Shown here piece after piece: positions 27,256 through 40,147 of a stretch of 64,000 nucleotides of DNA. The stretch is from positions 148,554,001 through 148,618,000 of the forward strand of contig NC_058368.1 of NCBI RefSeq assembly GCF_018350175.1, in the 5' to 3' direction. Under the pieces are notes generated by a model that ran no database searches, was not told where the DNA came from, and was given only the letters and a program-made list of their open reading frames with translations. A program made the translations under genes and the position numbers. Source of the stretch: Felis catus (Eukaryota). Within the stretch, counting starts at the first letter, position 1, and every line of letters begins with the position of its first letter.

Positions 27256-27585
27256 GCCTTTTGTAGCAACGTGGATGGAACTGGAGAGTGTGATGCTAAG
27301 TGAAATAAGCCATACAGAGAAAGACAGATACCATATGGTTTCACTCTTATGTGGACCCTGAGAAATTAACAGGAACCCATGGGGGAGGGGAAGGAAAAAA
27401 AAAAACAGGTTAGAGTGGGAGAGAGCCAAAGCATAAGAGACTCTTAAAAACTGAGAACAAACTGAGGGTTGATGGGGGGTGGGAGGGAGGAGAGGGTGGG
27501 TGATGGGTATTGAGGAGGGCACCTTTTGGGATGAGCACTGGGTGTTGTATGGAAACTAAATGGTCAATAAATTTCATATAAAAAA
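27256..27585 (+). mobile_element. Young L1 3'-end fragment nested in the older L1
   Basis: Near-identical to 19010-19338; TSD aaggactta at 27247-27255 / 27586-27594. Confidence 0.94.
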
Positions 27586-28359
27586 AAGGACTTAAATAAA
27601 ACAAAAAAATCCTAGAAAAAGAACAAACAGCAGTCTCTCTGACATTGACTGCAGGAACATTTTTCTAGATCTTTCTCCTGAGGAAGGAAAACCAAAAAAA
27701 TAAATAAAAATAAATAAAATAAACTATTGGAACTACATCAAAATAACTCTTCTGCACACCAAAGGGAATAACCAACCAAAGTAAAAACAACCTACTGAAT
27801 AGAAGATATTTGCAAATGACATATCCAGTAAAGGATTAGTATCCAAAATATATAAAGAATTTATACTATTCAATACCAAAAAAAACCCCCTTCATAATTC
27901 AATTTAAAAATGGGCAGAAGACTAACAGACATTTCTCCAAACAAGATATACACATGTAAAGATGCTCAACATCACTCATCATCAGCGAAATGCAAATCAA
28001 AATTACAATGAGATATCACCTCACACCTATTAGCATGGTTAAAATTTAAAGAAAGAATCAAGAAACAACCAGTGTTGATGAGGATGTGGAGAAATAGCAA
28101 CCCTTGTACACTGTTGATAGGAACACAAACTGGTGTAGCCACTGTAGAAGATAATAGGGAGGTTTATCAAAAATTAAAAATAGCACTACCCTATGATTCA
28201 GCAGTCACACTACTGGATATTTACCCAAAGAATATAAAACAATAATTCAAAGTGATACATGTGCCCCTATGTTTATTGTAGCATTATTTACAGTAGCCAA
28301 AATATGGAAGCAGCCCATGTCCAATGATAGGTGAATGGATAAAGAAGACGTGATGTAGT

Positions 28360-28530
28360 TGTGTGTATGTGTGTGTATATACATATATATATATGTGTGT
28401 GTGTGTGTATATATACATATATGTATGCCTATGTATATATGTACATATATGTATATACACATATATATATATATACAGACACATATATACACATATATAT
28501 GTATATACACACACATACATATACTTATAT
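28360..28530. repeat. Compound (TG)/(TA)/(CA) microsatellite
   Basis: Directly visible. Confidence 0.93.
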
Positions 28531-30435
28531 AAAAAGACAAATACCATATTATTTCACTCATAATATGTAATTTAACAAACAAATCAAATGAACAAAGGAA
28601 AGAAAAAGAGAAAGAGAGAGGCAAACCAAGAAATAGATTCTGAACTATAGAGAACAAACTGATGGTTAGTTAGCAGAGGGGAATTGGGTCAGGAGATGGG
28701 TGAAGGGGATTAAGGAATGCATTTGTTGTGATAAGCACTGGGTGTTGTATGGAAGTGTTGAATCACTACATTGTACACCTGAAAGTAATATAACACTGTA
28801 TGTCAACTACACGGGAATTAAAAACAAAACAAAACAAAAAAAAAACATTGAACCATGTAAAATAAGTGTACATTACTTCCTTAGCTTGTGATTGATAAGG
28901 TCATTTTGAGTTATGGCTTAAAACTTGTTTTTTTATTTTTCTTTGACCCAATTATTTCACACTTTGTTTCCAAACTTGGACTTCGCACTGGCGAGCTCGT
29001 TTTCCACACACCCCCTACCCTCATCCTTTGCTGAGCTGCCTGATCTCCAGATTTGATTCAGTGTCTGTTGCAGGCATATTCCTTATTAAATGTAGTTCAT
29101 TGGTATATGCTGCCTGATTCTTTTGCCCTGAAAATGCCTTACCATGTTTCCCGTCTTCCAGGACTAATTATTTTCATGCCTTCTAGGTTGGACCTAACCC
29201 TTAAATTGAAGTGTGGCTTGGTCTACAAAAGTAGAATTCAAGAGGAGTAATGAATGAACTGAGCTTTGATAAATAGGAAGGATTTGGGGAGGATGGCATA
29301 TCTTCTAAATTGCTTTTTATTTTCTCTATAATATACCATCTGTATCATTGAAATTAGCAAATATGTAATAATTACTTTTGTATTTCGGAGGACTTTGATA
29401 CTCTTTCTTCCATTGTAAGTGTTAGTAATATGATTCAAATTCATCCCTCTTGATGCCGTTTCAAGGTTCAGCTCAGGGCTTTTAACAATGTCAGTTCATA
29501 ACCAATGTGGTCGAAACCTTCAGCACTACCTACAGGTTGAGGTTGGCACCAGACTTAATTTTCCTTTCAATTTCAAATGGTATATCATGTGTCTTTATTA
29601 CTTTTATGTTGAAAAGAAACAAACACTGCCTTATAGGAATATCTATATTTATGTGGATGATATTAAAGGACCAGTATATAACTCTTCAAAATTCTAATAA
29701 GATATTCATTGTTTTTAGTCAAATAATTATTATTTTCTCACTTTATTACTGTTTTTGTAATGTTAAAAGGAGCCATATTATTAAAGCAAAGATGTATATT
29801 AAAATTATTTAACTGTGTTGGGAAATGTTAGATGGATTTCTTCAAGGGTTCCAAAGGAAAAGAAAAAAGAGTGAAATTAGCAATAAAAAATGGCAGAACC
29901 ATTTGCAAAGCATCTATGTACAAAGATAAGAGAAGGTACCAAAGAGATATTTGAACACTGGAATCATATTATGATATGTATGGGGACAAAGAACAAATGC
30001 CATCAGTGTAGAGCATTGAGTTGTATTCTCATTCAAAGCTATTGAGAGTGAATCTGTGGTGAAGCTAATATTACTTAACCTTGAGATTATGGAGGAGAAT
30101 AGTACTGCTATACCAGATTAACATACTGTTAACCAGATTCTTTTTTACTGATGCTGAATCAAGAGGCAAAATTAGGGAAGAATATTTCATCTATGAGGAT
30201 GCAACATTTTCTTGTTGCCTAAGAACCAACATAAGAATTTATAAGAAGAAATGCTACCTCAGTTAAAATGATTTTTGTTAAAAAAAAGTTTTCTTTCATA
30301 TTATCTTAATTTTATAAAAATTCCATTTCATTTATAACTTCTTGTTTGGCATTTCTAATATGATGATGTTTTGTGTGCTAAATAACATTCAAAATAACTG
30401 AAAACAGCCCTAAATCATTTAAGAAAAACAAACAG

Positions 30436-30647
30436 AGGAACCTGGGTGACTCATTTGGTTGTGTCTTGATTTCAGCTTGATTTTTGACTCTTGATTTCAG
30501 CTCAGGTCATGATCACACGGTTCATGGGATTGAGCCTTGTGTTGGAGTCTGTGCAGACAGCAAGGAATCTGCTTGGGATTCTCTCTCTCCCTCTCTCTCA
30601 GTCCCTTCCCCCCTCAAAATAAATACATAAACTTAAAAATATTAAAA
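30436..30647 (+). mobile_element. CAN-SINE (older)
   Basis: Degenerate head; TSD aagaaaaacaa. Confidence 0.88.
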
Positions 30648-31543
30648 AAGAAAAACAATTTAAATTTATTGATAGCTCTCATGTTGATAATATCACTCAT
30701 GTTGATAATAAAAAAAATTATTAACAAGGTAGGAAAATATTTTTTAAGAACTGTGGAAGCAATTAGTTATAATACAGTTCTTAGAGTTCTTAGTAAGACC
30801 TGTACAGTAGACATTTAAAGTTTTTTAATTAGTTGGCTTCTGCTATCTCCCCCCCTTTTATTTTCATTGCAACATCTATTTCCTGTCCTTATGCCAACCA
30901 TACCATATTCCATGTGCTTTCTAGGAACTTAACTCCATTAAGTGCTCTGTAATGTAGTAAATATATGAGGCCAGTCAACATACTCTATCACTGACACAAA
31001 TACTGGTATAGGAATGAGCAGGTGACTCAAATCAACAAGGGCAAAGGAAACCATATCCTAGGATTTGTGTTTCTCTTACCAGGTAGCTGGAAGTTGCTTG
31101 GAACACCATGCAAATTTTTAGGTGGAAGCAATGTAATAGAAGAGAATTACATCTGATGACACTGAAATCAAGACTGATGTTTTATGCAAGCCAATTGAAT
31201 GTATTTTTTTGTAAGTCACTGGATTGAGTTTTCTGTATTTGGAACAAAAAGTCTCTTTGTGGGGCAGAAAAGCATAATTATTACTATCAGTAATATACTT
31301 CTGACTAGCTTAAAATCATTTTCAAATTATCTGGATGCTAAAAAAGACTCCAAAAAAATTAAACGTTTTAAATTAAAGTGAAACACACTAGGAAATTTTG
31401 AGTATGTGGTTGTATATATATTTTTCTTGTTCCTTTTTTTCATAGCAAAATAATATATCTCTGTAATATCAGTATCATTTCAATTATATAATTATGTCAT
31501 TAATCTAGCTAGTTTCACTAGTTGTGGTGTCAATATTGTTTTC

Positions 31544-31751
31544 TTTCTTCTTTTTTTTAATATTTATTTTTGAGAGAGAGAGAGCATGTGCGTGCAAGCT
31601 GGGGAGGGGCAGAGAGAAGGAGGGGACAGAGGATCCCAAGCTGACTCCATGCTGACAGTAGAGTGCCCCATGTGGTGCTCAAACTGACAAACCCACAAAC
31701 CGCAAGATCATCACCTGAACCAAAGTCAGACTGTGTCACTCAAGAGCTCCT
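31544..31751 (-). mobile_element. CAN-SINE
   Basis: TSD caatattgttttc / caaaattgttttc. Confidence 0.9.
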
Positions 31752-32258
31752 CAAAATTGTTTTCAATTATTCTAATACAATCAACTTTGTAGTAATATAT
31801 GTGGATTGTTTTTTTTCTATTTTCATTCTAGCATTAAAAATATTGAGTTTGAGAAAATAAACATTTAAAATACTTAATCCATATTGCTTTCATCAATCTG
31901 CACAAATTACACTATTTCTAGTAGGGTATTAAAATGGGGAAAAATGAGAAAAATTATGTTACCCTCATAAGCATAAGAAAGCCTGTCGTTGTCATAATTA
32001 TTGTTCGTGTATGATTAGTGAAGTTGAAAATTTCCTGAATGTTATTAAGATTGGTTAGCATTATTATTTTGTAACTTCTCCATTTTTAATATTTTACCAA
32101 CTTTTATATTGTGGCCTTTGTGTTTTCTTATACATTTATATTGTGATTTTTCTGTGACATTTCCTATAAAAATCTTCCATTTAATATTTTATTTCTTTAG
32201 ATTTAATATTTTTCTATTATGTAGATTAACTTTTATAATTGTGAAACATTTTAGTCTT

Positions 32259-32463
32259 TTTTTTAATATTTATTTATTTTTGAGACAGAAAGACAGAGCA
32301 TGAACGGGAGAGGGTGAGAGAGAGGGAGACACAGAATCTGAAGCAGGCTCCAGGATCTGAGCTGTCAGCACAGAGCCTGACGTGGGGCTCGAACTCACAG
32401 ACTGTGAGATCATGACCTGAGCCCAAGTCCGATGCTTAACCAACTGAGCCACCCAGGCGCCCC
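32259..32463 (-). mobile_element. CAN-SINE
   Basis: TSD cattttagtctt / cattttggtctt. Confidence 0.96.
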
Positions 32464-32569
32464 ATTTTGGTCTTAAATATATGTTCTAATTTAAGAATTT
32501 TATTTTTCCAATAATGCATGAATCAACTAGTATTTTCTTCCAGATATTTATTCATTAAAGTTATTTTTA

Positions 32570-32786
32570 GGGGCGCCTGGGTGGCTCAGTCGGTTAAGCA
32601 TCCGACTTCAGCCAGGTCACGATCTCGCGGTCCGTGAGTTTGAGCCCCGCATCGGGCTCTGGGCTGATGGCTCAGAGCCTGGAGCCTGCTTCCGATTCTG
32701 TGCCTCCCTCTCTCTCTGCCCCTCTCCCGTTCATGCTCTGTCTCTCTCTGTCTCAAAATAAATAAACGTTAAAAAAAATTTTTTTT
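32570..32786 (+). mobile_element. Young felid-type CAN-SINE
   Basis: CpG-rich, 'ttcagccaggtcacgatctcgcgg...gggctgatggctc'; perfect TSD taaagttatttttag. Confidence 0.97.
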
Positions 32787-32839
32787 TAAAGTTATTTTTA
32801 GATATTATTGACTTATATAAAATATATTTTATTTTATTT

Positions 32840-33025
32840 TACTTTGTTTTTAAATATTTATTTATTTGGGGAGTGGGGCAGAGAGAGGGAGAGAGACAGA
32901 ATCCCAAGCAGACTCCCCACTGTCAACATGGAGCCCAATGGGGCTCAACATCACATGCTTTGAGATCACGACCCTGAGTCTAATTCAAGAGTCAGATGCT
33001 TAACGGACTGAGCCACCCAGGTGAC
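32840..33025 (-). mobile_element. CAN-SINE (older)
   Basis: Reverse-complement head 'gactgagccacccagg'; T-rich tail. Confidence 0.9.
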
Positions 33026-33549
33026 TAGAATATATTTTATTTTGATATGAGAATGTAATATTTTTTCCTCCTATAAAGTTACCCATTTTTCATATGATTT
33101 ATAAAAAAACATTTCTTCTCTAAATATTACTTTTATCAACACAGTACCAGGCCGGGTTGGAAAACTTGAGTTTGTGTTTATTTGACATGTGAAAATGGGG
33201 ATGGAAAAACTATAGTCCATGTAACATTTATCAAGTGGTCTATGATCCAATTCATTTTTTCAAATATTTTTAGAATTATTACTTTTATCACTACTTTTTA
33301 ATCACAAATATAAATAAATTATATTTTATTATGGCCTAATATATAGAAAATAGACTATGACAATGTATATCAAGTGTTATTAATAAACAGTATAATTTGA
33401 GGACCGCTAGTACAGCATCTAGCATAGGAAAAGTGACATTTATTCATACTGTTTTAAAACCAGTGCTATATTTAAACTAGCTATATTTTAGTACTTAAAA
33501 ATTGGTAATTTGCTTTTATTAATATATTACTTTAAACAGGATACTTACT

Positions 33550-33765
33550 GGGGCACCGGGGTGGCTTAGTCAGATATGCGTCTGACTGTGGCTCAGGTCA
33601 TGATCCCGTGGTTCATGAGTTTGAGTCCTGTGTAGGGATCTGTGCTGACAACTCAGAGCCTGGAGCCTGCTTTGATTTCTGTGTCTCCCTCTCTTGCTGT
33701 CCCTCCCCCGTTCATGCTCTGTCTCTCTCTCAAAAATAAATAAGCATTAAAAAATTTTTTTTAAA
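33550..33765 (+). mobile_element. CAN-SINE
   Basis: TSD taaacaggatac. Confidence 0.94.
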
Positions 33766-35164
33766 TAAACAGGATACGTGTTAATTTTATCAGATAAGTT
33801 TAGAAAAGCATTTTCAATTTTCAAAAATGATTTGATTTCCAGTGTAATTAGATTGAATTTGTATATATTTAAATTAAGAAGATTTGATATCATTTAAAAT
33901 ATTAAATTATGTAACTCCTGGATTCAGTTTGCTTTTCAATTTATTTAAATAATCAATTACATTTAATAGTGAACCTTTCAGGATTTGTGCTGGTCCCAGT
34001 TTTTGTTTTAAAGTTATTTTTAGGTGTTTTTATTTTTGTCATTGTTGTTCTTCCTGTTACATATAGCAATGTTTTTCAAGAAAGCATTATTGGCAATTTA
34101 AACAGGACAATTCTTCATTTTGCCAGACTCTCTTATACATTGTAAGAAATTAATCATCTTGGACATGCCCAGTAAATGGCAACAATGTTTCTCTTCCCAA
34201 GCCACTGTAATAGTCGAAAACATCTTCCATCCATTTCTGTTGTTCCCAGGGTGAATCTCTTGTATTTAAAAAACACACTAGAGCCATTTTTCCCAACTAT
34301 GATGTAATGTGTATATTACTCTCCCATGTAAAGCTACCTTTGCAAGCTGACCTTTCAATAACATGGCTGGCTGCTCTCTAATTCTAATAGGTTTACAATT
34401 GATTATCATGTATTCTAGGTATATTAATCATCTTCCACATATTACGAAAATTTTATTTCAATATTTGGCCCAAACTTCTAAACGACAACAAATAATAGAC
34501 AAAAGATGCATGTTTTTATTTGTGCATGTATGTGTTTGGCAGGTATTCACATTTGGTGGGGGGGGACTATTTCTCCAATTTCATATTCAGATAACATTGT
34601 GACCATGAGGCTGAGGTAGAAATTCATTGACTTTTTAAGGAAGAAAGAGATAGTAGTTGTTTGATGGAGTTAGTTACAAAACTATTTCAGCACATAACTA
34701 TCTGAAAATTATAAATGAACTTGGAGGAAAGCTCAGAATTGAATTATATTATGTAATAATTTTATGGATGAATATACCCAGCACAAGAGTTAATAATTTA
34801 ATAAATTAACAATCTATTGATGACATTTTTGTAGTCAACAATTGTGATAACATGATTTTGCATAAGTTATCAATATGAAAATAGAATTCAAAATATCCAG
34901 TACATTGGTTTCTTATTTTGCTAGCCAATCTGAAGCCAAATAAATATGCCTTACCATTTGGCAATAAAAACAATTACATGTATCAGAGTGAGATGAATTC
35001 ATCACCATCATTTCTCTTTTAATCAGTATCATCACTTGGTGGAAAGTTCTCAGAATATTATAATGCCTAACTTTGTAGTGAAATATCTACAGTTATAAGC
35101 ACAGAGGTCTCGTTTTGTTTGTTTGTCTGCTTATTTGTTTTGTGCTGTAAGTTTTTCTGGGAAA

Positions 35165-35275
35165 ACCAGGGTCCATCCTGACACTGCTGAGCTTGCTTGG
35201 GATTCTCTGTCTCCCCTTTTCTCTGCCCCCCGTTCTCTCAAAAATAAATAAACATTTTTTAAAAACTTTAAAAAA
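35165..35275 (+). mobile_element. 5'-truncated CAN-SINE
   Basis: 'gcttgggattctctgtctccc...ctctcaaaaataaataaac'. Confidence 0.8.
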
Positions 35276-37920
35276 TTCATTTAGGAGACAGTATCTAAGT
35301 TATCTTAGTAAGATGACAGAATGAGTACTCAGTACAGATAGTGACAGAAATAGCATGAATAGTGACAGGAATCCCATGGATGAAAATGTAATGATAAAAC
35401 AGTACTATTCTTGCTGAAGTTAATTACTATTTCCTCAAATACCAATTTAAAAATATATTCCATGGCATCTTAATAACAATTTTGGTAAGTGATATTAAAA
35501 CATGTTCAACTTTCATGGAACAACTAAAGAGAATCATGGTTCAGGAAAATAATAGATTTTCTACAGTGATCATTAATGTCAACATTTTAATTAATTTTGC
35601 TGTACAACTGTTGTGCTAAGAGTGACATTTAATTTCTCTGTAAATGCCTTATACTCCTTTCATATTTTAATCCTCTTGTTCTTTCTATGTGTGATTCCTT
35701 TCTTTTCTTTCTCATTTATAAGATGGCGTTTACTTTGAGGAAAATTTAGTTTAAATTATAATCAAGCAATTCTCATCAATCTTCAAGACTATATAAAATA
35801 TAAGTTGCTGAAGAGTCACTTTTTCAGACTATTTTGTAAAATTATATAGAGAACATCTTGTCCCAATATGTTCAAGTATCTGTGATTATAAATTCATTCA
35901 AGCAAAATTTCAAAATTGTGTTTAATTTCATTTGGAATCATAGAATATTTAGGAGCATGTAGTCCTATATTCTATTCTCAAAGATCTTCGTCCCAGATAG
36001 TTGAACCTGATTGCCAGAGGCAACAGATAAGCAAATGGAAGATATGAAATTGGTATCACCTGTCATAGCTCCACACATCCTGTGACTTTTTTTCAGAATA
36101 CCATAAACATATATTCATGCTAGGAACCTACTAATTGTCATTTAACAGAAAGAATGGAGACAAAATCACTGGAACAAAATATAGAATTAGATTTATTTCA
36201 GTAATTTAACTAGCTTGTATCTAAAATTATTCTAAAAGCAGCCTAGAAGCTACCTCATAAGTGGTAAACTTAATAATTATTTTCTAATTTGCATTTATTT
36301 TACGCACAAGACCTGTATAAATAATCCATCTATAAACTTCTTGGGAAACATTTTACTATATAAAAATATATACACAAGCTTTAATTTAAAAATACTTTCA
36401 AAATATTAATATATTCCTAGGATAGGTTTTTGCTCTAGCACAAGAAGTAAAGCAGGAGGAGTATATTTAAAGGACATAGAAATTCAGGCTTTTTTTTTTA
36501 AGTACCAACATTAAATTAAAGAGAAGCTACTAGAAATCATAAAATCATCTGTACTTGAACATTTATTTTTTTCATTTGTGCTTCTGATTTAATTAATGTC
36601 TGTTTCAGACATGTAATAATTTCTACTAATGTCAAGGTCAGGGAACCAAAGATTCTAAGTTTTCTGCTGAAATACATGCAACCTTTTCTTTTTTTAAACC
36701 ATACTGTTAGGTTGAAAAGGACTAAAAAATGCCCTTTATTTATGCCCTGGATAAACTCTGCCCGTTTCTAATAATAATAGTATTTGTATTTGTGTGTGGA
36801 GTAAGAAAATTGAAATACTAGAGACAGATTTAAAATAAATTATGAAATCTTATACCTCTCCATTTGACCCCTTCAGTTGTAAATCTAGTTAAGCATTCTT
36901 GCCTTTCCCAAAGGGTTAAGTATAGAACCTTATATATCTGTATCTGTGTGTATACACATATCTATATGTTCTTCTATATGTAAATGCTACTTTCACATAT
37001 AAAAAAATGGAATCACAAACAGTATCAAGGTCTTTGTCGTTTTTATACTGGATAAATTTTTAGGTCAGAATGTATAGCTTTTCCTTTTAAAACACTTGTT
37101 TCCTTTAAAAAATTGTTTCATTTGTTTCCTCTTAAATGATTGTAAAATATATCACTCTACTTCAAACATCTGCCAATGATAGAGATGTCAAAATAAGTTA
37201 TTTTCATTGTTGGATCATTACCTACAACTCAGTGAAGTAGAAAAAAACCTGAGTTATCAGGCAACTTTTGAAACCTTCAGCTAAAGTTTGACATGTGGCA
37301 AGATGGCCTCTATTGCAATTTCCTGTACACTGCAATTTCAAGGAAGTTTCAAGAAAAATACACATTGATGGTAATACATTAATGTAGTTTGAACAAGATC
37401 TCTTGGGAGGTGGTTTGCTGTGGTCAGGATGAGAGGTATTGAAATCTACTAGCAAAATCTGAAATCCAGGATACAATCAAATGTCTTATGCCTGTTTCAG
37501 TGACATTCAAATGATACAGCCTATATAGAATCTACAGAGGTGAGTGTTTTTCTTAATTAAAGCTCAGCAGTATAACTCTCATACACAAAGATGTAAATTT
37601 TCCTTTGAAAGTGTGCAGGTCAAATGAATAGTTTAGGGTGAAATCAGTGCCAATCCTAACTACCATAGAGGAAATGATCAAACTCTATTTTTAGAGTTAA
37701 TTTTAAGCTACATTATTTCTTTTATTTCTTTTGCCATTTAGAAATAAAACTTCACATTACAGAGAGAAACAGAGTTCACATTACTCTCTGAAATTCTGTA
37801 ACACGGTTTTTACCACTCATTTTGTACTTAACATTATGCCTCGGATTGTTAAATTAGAATGGAATAATTTACCTATATGGAGGTCATTTTATTATATATT
37901 ATTAGAATAAACATGACCAC

Positions 37921-38137
37921 AGGGTACCCGGGTGGCTCAGTCGGTTAAGCATCCAACTGCGGCTCAAGTCATGATCTCACAATTTGTGCATCCAAGTCCT
38001 ACATTGGGCTCTATGCTGATAGATCAGAGCCTGAAGCCTGCTTCAGATTCTTTGTCTCCCTCACTCTCTGCCCCTTCCCTGCTCATGCTCTGTCTCTCTC
38101 TGTCTCAAAAATAAACAGAACATTAAAAAAAACTTTT
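37921..38137 (+). mobile_element. CAN-SINE with an L1 inserted in its tail
   Basis: TSD agaataaacatgaccac (37904-37920) recurs as agagtaaaaatgaccac (39245-39261). Confidence 0.94.
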
Positions 38138-39231
38138 TATCCGTTGGGTAGATTCCTAGCAGTGCTATTGCTGGGTCATAAGGCAGTTCTTTTTTGAGGA
38201 AACTCCACACTGTTTTCCAAAGTGGCTGCACCAGTTTGCATTCCCACCAGCAGTGCAAGAGGGTTCCCATTTCTCCACATCCTCGCTAGCATCTATAGTC
38301 TCTTGATTTGTTCATTTTAGCCACTCTGACTGGCGTGAGGTGATATTTCATTGTACTTTTGATTTGTATTTCCCTGATGATGATGTGACGTTGACATCTT
38401 TTCATTTGTCTGTTGGCCATCTGGATGTCTTCTCTGGAAAAGTATCTATTCATGTCTTCTGCCCATTTTTTCACTGGATTATTTGTTTTTCAGGTGTGGA
38501 GTTTGGTGAGTTCTTTATAGATTTTGGATACTAGCCCTTTATCCGATATGTCATTTGCAAATATCTTTACCATTCCATCAGTTGCCTTTTAGTTTTGTTG
38601 ATTGTTTCCTTTGCTGTGTAGAAGCTTTTTATTTTGATGAAGTCCCAGTAGTTCATTTTTGCTTTTAATACCCTTGCCTTTGGAGATGTGTCGAATCTAC
38701 CCAAAGGAAACAGGAATGCTGATGCATAGGGACACATGTATCCCAATGTTTATAGCAGCACTTTCAACAATAGCCAAATTATGGAAAGAGCCTAAATGTC
38801 CATCAACTGATGAATGGATAAAGAAGATGTGGTTTATATATACAATGGAATACTACTTGGCAATGAGGAAGAATGAAATCTGGCCATTTGCAGCAATGTG
38901 GATGGAACTGGAGGGTATTATGTTAAGTGAAATAAGCCAGGCAGAGAAAGACAGATACCATATCTTTTCACTCATATGTGGATCTTGAGAAGCTTAACAG
39001 AAGAACATGGGGGAAGGGAAGGGGCAAAAAAGGTTATAGAGGGGGAGGGAGGCAATCCATAAGAGGCTTTTAAAGACTGAGAACAAACTAAGGGTAAATG
39101 GGGGGTGGGGAAGAGGGAAAGTGGGTGATGGGCAGGGAGGAGGACACCTGATGGGATGAGCACTGGGTATTGTATGGAAACCAATTTGACAATAAATTAT
39201 ACTAAATTTTTTTTAATTAATAAAAAAATTT
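38138..39231. mobile_element. 5'-inverted (twin-primed) truncated L1
   Basis: 38138-38694 is antisense ORF2; 38693-39231 is the sense continuation to 3'UTR and A tail. Confidence 0.93.
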
Positions 39232-39489
39232 AAAAATTTAACACAGAGTAAAAATGACCACTTATTTTTTATTTAGAATGCCAGAAACAAAGGCATCTTG
39301 AAAGGCAGAATGGGGTAAATGACAACATAGCTGGAAAAGATAAAAATGTTTTGGTATGAAAGTGCATATACTTTTTTTCTCCTTTATCCTTCTCTTTTAC
39401 TTCAGGAAATAAAGAATATGAAGTATGCAATGAGAGATACATCAAAATTTATAGAGGTAATGGAAACAAAACTCTAAATCACAATATAT

Positions 39490-39565
39490 AATAGTATATA
39501 TATATATATATATACATATATGATATATATATGATATATATGATATGATATATATACATATATCA
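39490..39565. repeat. (TA)n/(TATGA)n low-complexity repeat
   Basis: Directly visible. Confidence 0.85.
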
Positions 39566-39943
39566 TGGGAAATTTGAAACTGGAAATGCGGTTTCTCAAA
39601 AGCTTCCAGGAAATGGAACAATTTTCCATAGCTACAGCAGTCTTAGAAAATCCATTAAATACTTACAAATATATGGGTTTTTTGTAAGGCGCCTGTTTCC
39701 AGTAATTAATCTTTAAATGTATACATAATGATAAAAATGTTAATAATTTTTCCTGTTGCTTTCTCTTTTTCATTAACCTCCCTCTACAGAAATTTCTGAC
39801 CTCACACATTTAATATTTCCCCTCCCTAGTCACTCAAAAAGAATTCTTCCATTTCTCAGTCAGTTATTTGCATATTTTTCATATCCAGGCAGTAGGAAGA
39901 GTTTATGTGGGAGATAAACTTTGCATTAAAGCTACAACTTGGA

Positions 39944-40147
39944 AGGGCATTTGAGTGGCTCAATTGAGCATCTGACTCTTAACTTTGCCTCAAGTCATGA
40001 TATCAGGGTTTTGGGATTGAGCCCCACATCAGGCTCCACGCTCAGCATAGATTCTCTCTCCCTCTCTCCCTGCGCCCCTCCCCCATTTACACTTTCTCTC
40101 TAAAATAAAATTTAAAATAATAAAATAAAATAAGATAAAATAAAATA
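39944..40147 (+). mobile_element. CAN-SINE (older subtype) with (TAAAA)n tail
   Basis: Perfect TSD aaagctacaacttgga at 39928-39943 / 40148-40163. Confidence 0.93.

Larger units (their letters stand above)
23660..28848 (+). mobile_element. Older carnivoran L1 (partial 5'UTR, ORF1, ORF2 lacking the RT core, 3'UTR) with nested SINE and L1
   Basis: ORF1 MRRQKNMCQMKE..., ORF2 start MAINTYLSIIALNVNGVNTPIKR (25219); deletion junction ~26660; A-rich tail at 28820-28848. Confidence 0.92.

Noticed and set aside
28247..28657. ORFs rich in YI/CV/HT repeats (also near 1621, 6265 and 10016)
   Set aside because: Translations of dinucleotide microsatellites
29454..29545. Peptide FKVQLRAFNNVSS resembling a PKD-domain strand or small coding exon
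   Set aside because: Immediately followed by a stop, weak splice signals and no partner exons
33140..33420. Possible hAT DNA transposon relic
   Set aside because: Could not establish terminal inverted repeats or an 8-bp TSD by eye
38659..38988. 109-aa chimeric ORF across the L1 inversion junction
   Set aside because: By-product of twin priming; non-ATG start and no evidence of expression
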